From positions 1 to 36,135 of the forward strand of contig CAZPWM010000028.1 in NCBI GenBank assembly GCA_964590575.1: a stretch of 36,135 bases of DNA, in the 5' to 3' direction. A program made the translations under genes and the position numbers. The DNA comes from an uncultured archaeon. Its GTDB lineage: Archaea > Asgardarchaeota > Thorarchaeia > Thorarchaeales > Thorarchaeaceae. Within the stretch, counting starts at the first letter, position 1. Every line of letters begins with the position of its first letter. The notes beneath the pieces were generated by a model. The model made no database searches. It was not told the origin of the DNA and worked only from the letters and a program-made list of their open reading frames with translations. Positions 1-8,261 of this stretch are shown here, piece after piece.

Positions 1-1
1 C

Positions 2-301
2 GATTCACAAGTCGAGCCCACGAGAGATGAGCCCTTAGTAGAGAAGATTGATCTTGGAAACAGTGTCCTGATTTTGATTGAAGGACAGACTGATATTGAG
101 AATACTCCTGTCAAGGTTTCAGGAACAACTATTATTGTACAGTTGGGTTCTGAGAGAAAGGAAGTAGTTGTCGACGTTGGTTTCCAGATTGATCTGGAGA
201 AGTCGAATGTTTCCCATCGTAATGGTGTGATAGAGATCTCTGCTGTCAAGACTGAAAGCGAAGGCACTGGCAGCAATGATGGGATCCTGAAAATTAAATG
301 A
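2..301 (+). CDS. Small heat shock protein (Hsp20/alpha-crystallin family), 5'-truncated by the window edge
   Basis: The frame is open from position 2 (DSQVEPTRDEPLVEKIDLGNSVLILIEG...). EPLV-x-x-I-D at the start of the domain and S-x-x-S-H-R-N-G-V-I-E-I near its end resemble the Hsp20 'A-x-Y-x-N-G-V-L-x-I' signature. The C-terminal I-x-I-like tail is ILKIK. It lies directly upstream of cdc48, a common archaeal arrangement. Confidence 0.7.
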   Translation, partial: DSQVEPTRDEPLVEKIDLGNSVLILIEGQTDIENTPVKVSGTTIIVQLGSERKEVVVDVGFQIDLEKSNVSHRNGVIEISAVKTESEGTGSNDGILKIK

Positions 302-317
302 AATAAGAGTGAGATAA

Positions 318-2507
318 ATGAGCGAAGAATTAGTTCAACTGAAAGTAGCAGCTGCGATGCCAAAGGATCAAGGTCGCGGGATTGTAAGATTAAATTCAGA
401 TGTTAGAAATCACCTAGATATACGCTCTGGCGATTATGTGCTCCTGAAAGGTGCTAAAGAAACTGTGGCTGTAGCTTGGCCCAGTCTCAAGGAAGATGAA
501 GTTCTTGATATGGTGCGAATGGATGGTCTAATCCGTACTAATGCAGGAGCGAGGCTCGGTGAGATAGTGGAAGTCAGTAAGACCACTGTCCCTGAGGCCA
601 CAAGAGTTGTCCTTGCCCCAAGCCAACAGGTCCGATTTCAACCGGGTTTTGAAAACTATGTGAAACAGCAACTTATCAATAAACCAATCACGAGGACCGA
701 TATTATTCTCATCTCGTCGATTGGTCAAGGATTGCAGTTTACGGCTACTAATGTGTCCCCAAGCAAACATGTACGAGTGACACCAGCGACTACTGTTGAG
801 GTGCTAACTAAACCTGCTAAACCTGAAGATGTGACAGTTCCCAATGTTTCCTACGAGGATATCGGAGGGGTTGGAAAAGAACTAGTGAAAATTCGTGAGA
901 TAATCGAGTTACCGATGAAGTCTCCTGAGTTATTCAAAAGGCTTGGAATTGCTCCACCAAAGGGAGTACTACTACATGGACCTCCTGGAACGGGAAAAAC
1001 ATTGATTGCTAAAGCAGTAGCAAATGAATCTGGAGCAAGTTTTAGGGTCATTAATGGACCGGAAATTATGTCTAAGTTTTATGGTGAATCAGAACAGAAA
1101 TTACGCGAGGCTTTTGAAGAAGCGGAGAAGAATGCTCCAAGCATCATTTTCATTGACGAACTCGACAGCATTGCACCTAAACGTGCAGATGTCACTGGAG
1201 AGGTCGAAAGACGGGTTGTGGCGCAGCTTCTTGCTTTGATGGATGGGCTTGCTGGAAGAGGTCAGGTGATTGTGATTGGTGCAACCAATCGAGTCGATGA
1301 TGTCGATGAAGCACTAAGGAGACCTGGTCGTTTTGATAGAGAGATAGAGATAGGCGTGCCTGATGTTGATGGACGTTTGGAGATACTTCACATTCATACT
1401 AGATCCATGCCAATTGATGAGGATGTGGATCTTGTACGTTTGGCTGCGAAGACTCACGGGTTTGTAGGCGCAGATCTTTCTGCCCTTGCACGAGAAGCAG
1501 CAATGCAAGCGTTACGTAGAGTACTTCCTCATGTTGATCCTGAAACCGGAGATATTCCTACTGATGTTCTTAATACGCTCTTTGTGACGCAAGCTGACTT
1601 TGACCTCGCATTGAACGATGTATCTCCTTCAGCTCTTCGGGAGGTTCTTGTTGAACGACCAAATGTGAAGTGGACTGATGTCGGAGGTTTAGCAAAAGTG
1701 AAGCTTCAACTTCAAGAGGCAGTTGAGGCTCCAATTAAGCGTCCTGAAGTATTTCGAGAAATGGGAATACGCCCACCGAAGGGTGTTTTGTTATTCGGTC
1801 CTCCGGGAACTGGAAAAACGCTTCTAGCCAAGGCTGTAGCAACAGAAAGTGAAGCTAACTTCATCTCTGTTCGAGGTCCAGAAATATTCAACAAGTATGT
1901 TGGTGAATCCGAGAAAGCTGTTAGAGAGATTTTCAAGAAAGCCCGTCAGACAGCTCCTTGTGTTCTGTTCTTCGATGAAATCGATGCAATCCTAAGCTCA
2001 AGAGGAATGCGAGATGATACAGGTGTTAGTCAGAGAATTGTGAACCAGTTCTTGGCTGAGCTAGATGGGATGCAGACGTTGCAAAATGTGCTCGTGATTG
2101 GCGCAACCAATAGAGCTGACATACTAGATCCTGCTGTCCTTCGGCCAGGACGATTCGATAGTGTTGTGTTTGTTCCTCCACCAGATTTGGAAGCGAGGAT
2201 TGAGATTTTCCAAGTGCACACACGTGAAATGCCACTTGATTCGGACGTTGACATCGAGAAACTCGCAAAGTTGACAGAAGGCTATTCTGGAGCTGATATT
2301 GAGGGTCTAGTTCGAGAAGCTGCAATGGCAGCGGTTCGCACTGATTGGAAACCAAAACCTGTAAACATGAAGCACTTTGAGGAAGCTCTCGGAGAGATGC
2401 GACCCAGCATCTCACCAGATGATATCAAGCGATTCCTATCTTTGGCTGAGCAAGTTAAGAAAAGACAACCTCAGAGATCATCTGATGTACTACCAGGTTA
2501 TGTGTAA
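318..2507 (+). CDS. cdc48: CDC48/VCP/p97-family AAA+ ATPase (N domain + D1 + D2)
   Basis: Two Walker A motifs (GPPGTGKT twice), Walker B motifs IIFIDE and LFFDE, pore loops SKFYGESE and NKYVGESE, and SRH motifs ALRRPGRFD and VLRPGRFD. The N-domain carries D-x-G-R-G-I-V-R. The protein ends in HbYX-like GYV. Confidence 0.97.
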   Translation: MSEELVQLKVAAAMPKDQGRGIVRLNSDVRNHLDIRSGDYVLLKGAKETVAVAWPSLKEDEVLDMVRMDGLIRTNAGARLGEIVEVSKTTVPEATRVVLAPSQQVRFQPGFENYVKQQLINKPITRTDIILISSIGQGLQFTATNVSPSKHVRVTPATTVEVLTKPAKPEDVTVPNVSYEDIGGVGKELVKIREIIELPMKSPELFKRLGIAPPKGVLLHGPPGTGKTLIAKAVANESGASFRVINGPEIMSKFYGESEQKLREAFEEAEKNAPSIIFIDELDSIAPKRADVTGEVERRVVAQLLALMDGLAGRGQVIVIGATNRVDDVDEALRRPGRFDREIEIGVPDVDGRLEILHIHTRSMPIDEDVDLVRLAAKTHGFVGADLSALAREAAMQALRRVLPHVDPETGDIPTDVLNTLFVTQADFDLALNDVSPSALREVLVERPNVKWTDVGGLAKVKLQLQEAVEAPIKRPEVFREMGIRPPKGVLLFGPPGTGKTLLAKAVATESEANFISVRGPEIFNKYVGESEKAVREIFKKARQTAPCVLFFDEIDAILSSRGMRDDTGVSQRIVNQFLAELDGMQTLQNVLVIGATNRADILDPAVLRPGRFDSVVFVPPPDLEARIEIFQVHTREMPLDSDVDIEKLAKLTEGYSGADIEGLVREAAMAAVRTDWKPKPVNMKHFEEALGEMRPSISPDDIKRFLSLAEQVKKRQPQRSSDVLPGYV

Positions 2508-2515
2508 AACAAGAA

Positions 2516-2565
2516 GGGAGCAGATGGAACTATCATCTGCTTCCTAACACATTCTTTTTACTTTG
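2516..2565 (+). terminator. Probable terminator after cdc48 (hairpin plus T-rich tract)
   Basis: GGAGCAGATG-N7-CATCTGCTTCC inverted repeat (2517-2544) followed by TTCTTTTTACTTTG. Confidence 0.55.
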
Positions 2566-2648
2566 TTAATTGAGAGCTACAACCACAATACCCTTTTGAG
2601 CGATATTTTACTGATGAACTTCAGACCCGTAGTTATTGAGGCATTATC

Positions 2649-3518
2649 ATGAATGACTTCTATCCAATATCTCCGCTCGTAGGTATCCCGAACACAAGCT
2701 ATGGCGCACAAGCTGGGGTTATGAATGAGATGTGGGCTGTGCGCGTAGTGAGAGGTAAGAAGATTATCGCAGAGAAGACCATCTCTGAATTAGACCTGGA
2801 AAACATGGTTGGAGTGGCCTACGGTCACATCAGAGTTGAAGGTCTGAGTAGGCACGCAGTAGCTATGATGGCTGGTAGACTGATGCAATTTGCTCGTAAA
2901 TATCAAGCTGCAGGAATCTGTCCAAATTATGAGATACCAGATTTGGCTTATGATGACGGAACAACTCTGGGTGAAATAGCTGCTTCTTCCAGAGGAGAGG
3001 TTACTGTTGAAGACACCTCGCCATCATCAGAATTTCCTGACATGAGAATTGGAGAAATTCCCCCTATTCCACGCACTACTGGAGTTGATTCATGGGCTAG
3101 CCTAATTGAATCTCACGCATTGATGATCTGCGAAGTAGCAACTTATGCATCTGAGATTCCAAAAGGTCATCTGGAAATTATGTTCAATAGAATTGCAGAG
3201 GCCTTAATTCTCCAATGGGCTATGTCGAATCCTGAAGAACCCCCAACTGCAGTGATGAAATTTGGAGCTTTAATTCAAGCTTGTTCTGATGAGAGCCAAC
3301 TACTAAAGACAGGGTCCGGAACTGCAACAATAGAAACTGGTGCATGTAGAATTCTAAGTATATGTAGGTCCTTAGATCCAGATGCATCAAAGTTACCCGC
3401 TGGATACCCCTGCGCATTTCACGAGATAATAGCGAAGAAATTAAGTGAACTTACTGGCGCTAAGATTACAGTTAACACATCATCTACAGGCTGTATTGTA
3501 GGAATGTCACTTGAGTAG
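2649..3518 (+). CDS. Hypothetical protein with a C-terminal V4R/MetOD-like Cys-containing domain
   Basis: 289-aa ORF. The C-terminal pattern TIETGACR...C...PCAFHEIIAKKLSELTGAKITV...GCIVGM matches the strand-C/helix-C/terminal-strand-C layout of V4R-type domains. The N-terminal domain is not recognised. Confidence 0.6.
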   Translation: MNDFYPISPLVGIPNTSYGAQAGVMNEMWAVRVVRGKKIIAEKTISELDLENMVGVAYGHIRVEGLSRHAVAMMAGRLMQFARKYQAAGICPNYEIPDLAYDDGTTLGEIAASSRGEVTVEDTSPSSEFPDMRIGEIPPIPRTTGVDSWASLIESHALMICEVATYASEIPKGHLEIMFNRIAEALILQWAMSNPEEPPTAVMKFGALIQACSDESQLLKTGSGTATIETGACRILSICRSLDPDASKLPAGYPCAFHEIIAKKLSELTGAKITVNTSSTGCIVGMSLE

Positions 3519-3612
3519 CGTGTTAGCTACCCAATAATCTTAAATCGCTAGAAACGCCTCATCTAGAAGTAGACGAGACTGCGTGGTAAGGTCTCGATAG
3601 GAGCTTAGAAAA

Positions 3613-3894
3613 TTGAGCTACTTGACATGGCGAGAGTATACGCGTTCAGGACCTGTGTGTCTAGGGGCGCTCTTGGTTATTGGCGGTGCAATTGTTTCTC
3701 TGCTGGCATCAACTAACCCAGCATATGATTTCATTCCTGGTTACACCGTCATGATTGGTGCGATTGTGGCAGTCTTAGGATTGCTGTTCATCATTATGGG
3801 CTTTGTCTTCACAAGAAGGAAGCGCGATTCGGTACTCAGACCGGTCGATACTAAACTTGACGACACGCCTCCACCTCCACCGCCACCGGACTAA
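3613..3894 (+). CDS. Small two-TM membrane protein with a C-terminal polyproline tail
   Basis: Two hydrophobic segments (VCLGALLVIGGAIVSLLAS and VMIGAIVAVLGLLFIIMGFVF), then the basic stop-transfer TRRKR, ending DDTPPPPPPPD. TTG start. Confidence 0.75.
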   Translation: MSYLTWREYTRSGPVCLGALLVIGGAIVSLLASTNPAYDFIPGYTVMIGAIVAVLGLLFIIMGFVFTRRKRDSVLRPVDTKLDDTPPPPPPPD

Positions 3895-3921
3895 TCAACA
3901 AAATCAATTATTACTTCTGAG

Positions 3922-3948
3922 CCTTTGGGCCCTTTGGGTCCTTTGGCT
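3922..3948. repeat. Three tandem 9-bp repeats (CCTTTGG-NN)
   Basis: CCTTTGGGC / CCTTTGGGT / CCTTTGGCT, enclosed by the inverted pair GAGCC...GGCTC, in an intergenic region. Confidence 0.7.
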
Positions 3949-4054
3949 CTGATTCTCTTTCTTATTATTGAAGTTTGTTTCGTCGCGCAAATCCTAATAT
4001 GCAACCAAGTTGGTTTTTTTCTAGAACCGACTACTGGATGGTGCTATTATCCAG

Positions 4055-4348
4055 ATGAAGCATACACTTGAATACAAAAACAGTCAATTTAACGAGTGTT
4101 CTGGGACACCAACAACTCCTATAACACTGACAGTTGACGAAGCCCAGAAGAAACTCATTCTTGTTGTACCCAGTGGTGCCAGCATGATTGAGCGAAGAGC
4201 TGCCGAACGAAACGCTCGTGGTATCGAGAAGGTTGGTTTTCAGACCAACTCAAAAGGTCGTATTGGCCGAGGCTATGAGCTAGTGATCGAAGGTCATGGT
4301 GGAGGACTACCCGATCGCCTTAGGCATTCTCCACGAGAGGTTTACTAG
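4055..4348 (+). CDS. Hypothetical 97-aa protein, possibly a divergent single gelsolin-like domain
   Basis: ATG-started ORF with GGTG upstream. VDEAQKKLILVVPSGASMIERRAAERNA aligns without gaps to the gelsolin core of the 26686..27624 protein. The fold call is tentative. Confidence 0.6.
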   Translation: MKHTLEYKNSQFNECSGTPTTPITLTVDEAQKKLILVVPSGASMIERRAAERNARGIEKVGFQTNSKGRIGRGYELVIEGHGGGLPDRLRHSPREVY

Positions 4349-4453
4349 GATTACGTCAAGACTGCAGAACATTTGGGAGCTGTTCAATACTCCGAAAAGA
4401 GAAGAAGTACAAGCTCTCAGATATCTACAGTTTGTGTAGGAGCGAGATTCAAG

Positions 4454-6124
4454 ATGTCCGAAGAACGAGCTAAGAGATGGATTGAGGAATCACAGAGAGA
4501 TGAAATAAGACAGTCTGCAGGCAGTCAACATCTGCTGAGAGCTGCAGATCTAGAGAGATCCGGCAATGTAGCTGCTGCTGAACAGGAATATGCACTCGCA
4601 GCAGATGCATTCCTGAAGTCTGCAAGTGAATACCGCGGCGGCAAAAGCTACAAGAAGGCTGCAATCAATATGTGTGCGGCTGGTGACGTGTACTCCGAAC
4701 TAGGTGAAGCTGCCAAAGCTGTGGAGACCTATCAGGGTGCTGCAGAGGATCTCATAGGTGCTTCGACTGAGCATCTTATGTGGGGTGATGATGCAGAAAC
4801 TAGCAAGGGTACAGCTCTTGCGATGACTGCATGTATGATGTACATTATGATTGGGAAAGAAGCTGATGGTTTTTACAAAGCTCGTGGGTTTGTTGCAGAA
4901 CATGCTTCAAAGATACGTCTTCCTGCAACTATAAGATTGAGTCAAATTCCTCAGATGCTTGAGAGTGCAGTTCAATCAGTCAATCTTGAATCCTTTGCAT
5001 CTGCTGAGAATGCAGCAGTAACCGAGCTAAAAGCAGCCTTGGCGAGTGCAAGCAGCTACGAATTCTCCAAATATGTGGATAAGGGCCTCGATATGGTTCG
5101 AGAACTCCTGCGAGGGAAACTAAAAGTCCCGAAGTTATCATCCCTACTTAACCTACCTAATGATCTTACATTCACGGAGAAGTTTCCTGTTCGTGTGAGG
5201 ATTAAAAACTCTGGAGACGGCGAAGCCTCTGGTCTCTCAGTTGAATGGCATATAGATGAAGGTCTGAATCTGGTTTCAGGTGAGCGCACTAAAACGGTGA
5301 AGAGCCTGCCTCCAGGTGAGACTCTTGACATTTCTGTGGTTCTGAAATCCGCACAACCCCTTGTAGGTGAAAAAGAATACTCAATTCTTGTTCGTGGCTC
5401 TTACAGTGACAAATTAAAGACAGAGTACAGTTTCCAAGCGGGACCGGGAACATTGGTTTTAAGAGACTACAAAGTAAGTCAGCAACTTACCCGAGATGCA
5501 GACCTCACAGATGGACGAGTCGGTCTCCTCAAGGAGTCTATTGAAATATCGGATTTGGAAGCCGAACCTCTGGTACGAATTGTTGATAGTATGATTGCAT
5601 CAATGAAGCAGAGTCGCTTAGACATTCAAGATGGTAGTTTGGACATTGCAAAGTCTAGAATCCGCCTCGTGAATGATATGATTGATACTATTGATGCTAT
5701 AGTAGGCGATGATGAGCTGTTAAAGAGAATAGCTGATAAGCGACTTACGGAGAAGAAAGAATTTGCTTTAAAGAAACTCACTCCTATTATTGATGAAGTA
5801 ATCACCTTTGTTGCTAATCAAGAGAAGAAACTCGAAACAGAAGTCCAAAATGCTCTCGCAGATTGGGATGCAAACGCTATCAAGAAGAGAACTCTGAAAG
5901 CGACACTGACGCGTATCAAGGACATAGCTGGAGCTCTTGCATCCTCTGGAGCTGATACTGCCCTTCTCGAGGATGAAACCATGAAAGCACTGAATGATCC
6001 ACTTCTCATAGTGGGCGAACGACCATCATCACCAGAGAAGGTAGAGCTTGCCTTGGTAATGGCCCGTTCGATACGTAACGAAATCACTCAGATGCTTGAA
6101 AAGAGGAAGAATGAGTTGACTTGA
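4454..6124 (+). CDS. Cytoplasmic protein with an alpha-SNAP-like TPR N-terminus, a central CARDB/Ig-like domain and a C-terminal helical/coiled-coil region
   Basis: Likely start is the ATG at 4454 (MSEERAKRW), with AGGAG upstream. SNAP/TPR-like helices: EYALAADAFLKSA, KKAAINMCAAGDVY, AKAVETYQGAA. Ig/CARDB motifs: VRVRIKNSGDGEA...L.PGET...GSYSD. Heptad-like C-terminus. No signal peptide or TM helix. Confidence 0.75.
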   Translation: MSEERAKRWIEESQRDEIRQSAGSQHLLRAADLERSGNVAAAEQEYALAADAFLKSASEYRGGKSYKKAAINMCAAGDVYSELGEAAKAVETYQGAAEDLIGASTEHLMWGDDAETSKGTALAMTACMMYIMIGKEADGFYKARGFVAEHASKIRLPATIRLSQIPQMLESAVQSVNLESFASAENAAVTELKAALASASSYEFSKYVDKGLDMVRELLRGKLKVPKLSSLLNLPNDLTFTEKFPVRVRIKNSGDGEASGLSVEWHIDEGLNLVSGERTKTVKSLPPGETLDISVVLKSAQPLVGEKEYSILVRGSYSDKLKTEYSFQAGPGTLVLRDYKVSQQLTRDADLTDGRVGLLKESIEISDLEAEPLVRIVDSMIASMKQSRLDIQDGSLDIAKSRIRLVNDMIDTIDAIVGDDELLKRIADKRLTEKKEFALKKLTPIIDEVITFVANQEKKLETEVQNALADWDANAIKKRTLKATLTRIKDIAGALASSGADTALLEDETMKALNDPLLIVGERPSSPEKVELALVMARSIRNEITQMLEKRKNELT

Positions 6125-6136
6125 TTTTACTAAAAT

Positions 6137-6182
6137 TGCCATGAGCGATTTTGCTGCATGGCACATCTTTCCTTTTTATTTT
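6137..6182 (+). terminator. Probable terminator (hairpin plus T tract)
   Basis: TGCCATG (6137-6143) and CATGGCA (6157-6163) with an inner AGC/GCT pair, followed by TCTTTCCTTTTTATTTT. Confidence 0.6.
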
Positions 6183-6219
6183 CAAAATTTTGAAATGCTG
6201 AATTTCACAAAATTGAAAT
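6180..6219. promoter_or_regulatory. Tandem palindromic operators TTTCA-N6-TGAAA upstream of the GbsR/MarR regulator
   Basis: Perfect 16-bp palindrome TTTCAAAATTTTGAAA (6180-6195) and a second copy TTTCACAAAATTGAAA (6203-6218), 23 bp apart. Confidence 0.7.
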
Positions 6220-6254
6220 ACTAATGAATTGATATAATCATTGAGGATTCGTCT

Positions 6255-6737
6255 GTGGTTTCAGATAATTTACGTAAAGAATTCCTAGAGATCATTGGTA
6301 AGACATATGATGACTACGGTTATCCAGAGTATTGCGGATGGATAGAAGGTCTTTTCCTACTTGAACAAAAAGAATGGACGCAAAAGGGAATATCTGAACG
6401 ATTGGGTGAACTTTTTCCCACATCAACCTCCGTACCCTCTGTCAATAGGGCACTCAAGATCTTAGAGAGCTATGGAATCATAGAGAAAGAAGGTTCAAGA
6501 AAGATAGGTTTTCGATATCACCTTCAATCATCATCTAATCTTGCTCTTTTAATGTTTCAACAATTGGCTGCTGTGAATCAAGTATTCATTGCAAAGCTAA
6601 AAGCACTTCAAACTAAAAATCAGAAAGCTGACTCAGAATTGCGAAGAGCAATCTCCTCTGAAATCACGATGGCTAAGATCTGGAACCGAGCTGTAGAGCA
6701 AGTTGTAAAATCGATGCAAGAAGATCAAGGAGAGTGA
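6255..6737 (+). CDS. Winged-helix transcriptional regulator, GbsR/MarR family
   Basis: IGKTYDDYGYPEYCGWIEGLFLL resembles the GbsR-like 'G-x-P-R-x-x-G-R-I-x-G-L-L' motif. HTH SVPSVNRALKILESYGIIEK, wing GSRKIGFRY, and a C-terminal dimerisation helix. GAGG upstream of the GTG start. Confidence 0.8.
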   Translation: MVSDNLRKEFLEIIGKTYDDYGYPEYCGWIEGLFLLEQKEWTQKGISERLGELFPTSTSVPSVNRALKILESYGIIEKEGSRKIGFRYHLQSSSNLALLMFQQLAAVNQVFIAKLKALQTKNQKADSELRRAISSEITMAKIWNRAVEQVVKSMQEDQGE

Positions 6738-6743
6738 ATTTGT

Positions 6744-8261
6744 ATGAGTAAGAAATCAATCATCATTATCGGAGCGGGGTTAGCAGGTCTCTCAACTGGT
6801 TGTTACGCCCAGATGAATGGCTACGAGAGTAGGATTTTCGAGCACCACTCACAGCCCGGTGGTGTCGTAGCAGTTTGGAAACGGGGTGAATTCCTGATCG
6901 ACGGTGGAATACACTTTCTTATCTGCCACAAACCTGGGACTTCCATCTATGATGTATACAAGGAGATAGGCGCCGTTGGTTCGTATGAAATTGCGGATAT
7001 GAACAGCTACCTGAAGTTTGTTAATGAAACGGGTACGAGAACAGTTGAATTTACTAGAGACCTGGAGAAACTTGAGAGGGACCTAGTAGCAATCGCCCCA
7101 GAGGATACTGAGGAGATTCGAAATTTTATCAAAGAAGTCGAATGGATGAGTACGTCACCCCTGTTGACAGACCTAGGAATGAGCACGTCTCCTCCAGAAT
7201 TGAGAGGCCGCCTTGATTCATTGAAAGAGATGTGGCAGATGCGTAGTTTCATGAAATACTTCACGGGCAAGTTTTCCCCTTCTGCTGAGGTATATGCGGA
7301 GAAGAACCTACAAAATCCGTTCCTGAAGACGATAATCAAGAACTTGTTCTCTTCAGAAGGCCCACTCTGGTTTGTCATTATGATTCTTGCATGTGTAGCT
7401 GCTGGGCAGCTTGGTCTTTTCAAAGGCGGTTGTCATGAGTTCGTACATTCAATCGAAGAGACTTACAAATCCCTCGGGGGTCAAATTCAGTATAGGTCCA
7501 AAGTTGAGAAGATACTGGTTGAGGATGATTTGGCTGTTGGCGTTGTATTATCCGATGAATCTGAACATAGAGCTGATGTGATTGTATCTGCAGCCGATGG
7601 TAGGAGCACAATTTTTGATATGCTGGATGAGAATTATGTAGATGATAAAATTGAGAAGAGGTATGAAACCTGGAAACCTTACGATCCAATGGTAGTTGTC
7701 AGTCTGGGTGTGAATCGACTGTTTGAAGATGCAGCTCCTCTGAACATCTTCATGATGGATGAACCTTTGATTTATGCTGAGAGGGCTGTCAAGGCACTGC
7801 CATTGAGAGTGTTCAACTACAGTGATGCTTTCGCTCCTGAAGGAAAGTGCGTTATTCAAGTAATGTTAGAGACCGACTGGGAGTATTGGTATGATCTTCG
7901 ACAGAACCACGATGAATACAACTCTGAAAAGAGAGAACTAGCTCAGGAGATAATCAGACGTCTGGAACCCCATTATCCCGGAATCACATCTCAGGTAGAG
8001 ATGATTGATGTTGCCACTCCCTATACCTCTTGGAGGTATACATTGAATGACAAGGGGTCTCCAATGGGATGGATGCTGACCAGAGATACACTCACAGAAT
8101 TAGTTCCACGAACACTCCCTGGGCTTGAAAACTTCTACATGGCTGGCCACTGGGTTCTACCTGGTGGTGGTGTGCCTGGAAGTATCTACACTGGTAGAAA
8201 TGTAGTTCAGATATTGTGTAAGAGAGATGGCAAAGAGTTCATAACAAAACCTAACGTTTAG
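6744..8261 (+). CDS. FAD-dependent oxidoreductase, phytoene desaturase-related family (COG1233-like)
   Basis: IIIIGAGLAGL Rossmann motif, FEHHSQPGG, DGGIH, DVATPYT and C-terminal LPGLENFYMAGHWVLPGGGVP. It starts 6 bp after the regulator, with GGAG upstream. The substrate is unknown. Confidence 0.9.
   Translation: MSKKSIIIIGAGLAGLSTGCYAQMNGYESRIFEHHSQPGGVVAVWKRGEFLIDGGIHFLICHKPGTSIYDVYKEIGAVGSYEIADMNSYLKFVNETGTRTVEFTRDLEKLERDLVAIAPEDTEEIRNFIKEVEWMSTSPLLTDLGMSTSPPELRGRLDSLKEMWQMRSFMKYFTGKFSPSAEVYAEKNLQNPFLKTIIKNLFSSEGPLWFVIMILACVAAGQLGLFKGGCHEFVHSIEETYKSLGGQIQYRSKVEKILVEDDLAVGVVLSDESEHRADVIVSAADGRSTIFDMLDENYVDDKIEKRYETWKPYDPMVVVSLGVNRLFEDAAPLNIFMMDEPLIYAERAVKALPLRVFNYSDAFAPEGKCVIQVMLETDWEYWYDLRQNHDEYNSEKRELAQEIIRRLEPHYPGITSQVEMIDVATPYTSWRYTLNDKGSPMGWMLTRDTLTELVPRTLPGLENFYMAGHWVLPGGGVPGSIYTGRNVVQILCKRDGKEFITKPNV

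Noticed and set aside
4373-4453. Upstream TTG extension of the SNAP-like ORF
   Set aside because: The ATG at 4454 has AGGAG upstream, and the extension looks like non-coding sequence.
528-7859. Antisense or alternative-frame ORFs over cdc48, the SNAP-like gene and the oxidoreductase
   Set aside because: They overlap well-supported genes completely and have no recognisable protein features.
6744-8261. Calling this gene crtI (carotenoid biosynthesis)
   Set aside because: Only family-level similarity is visible, and there is no phytoene synthase or other crt gene nearby.
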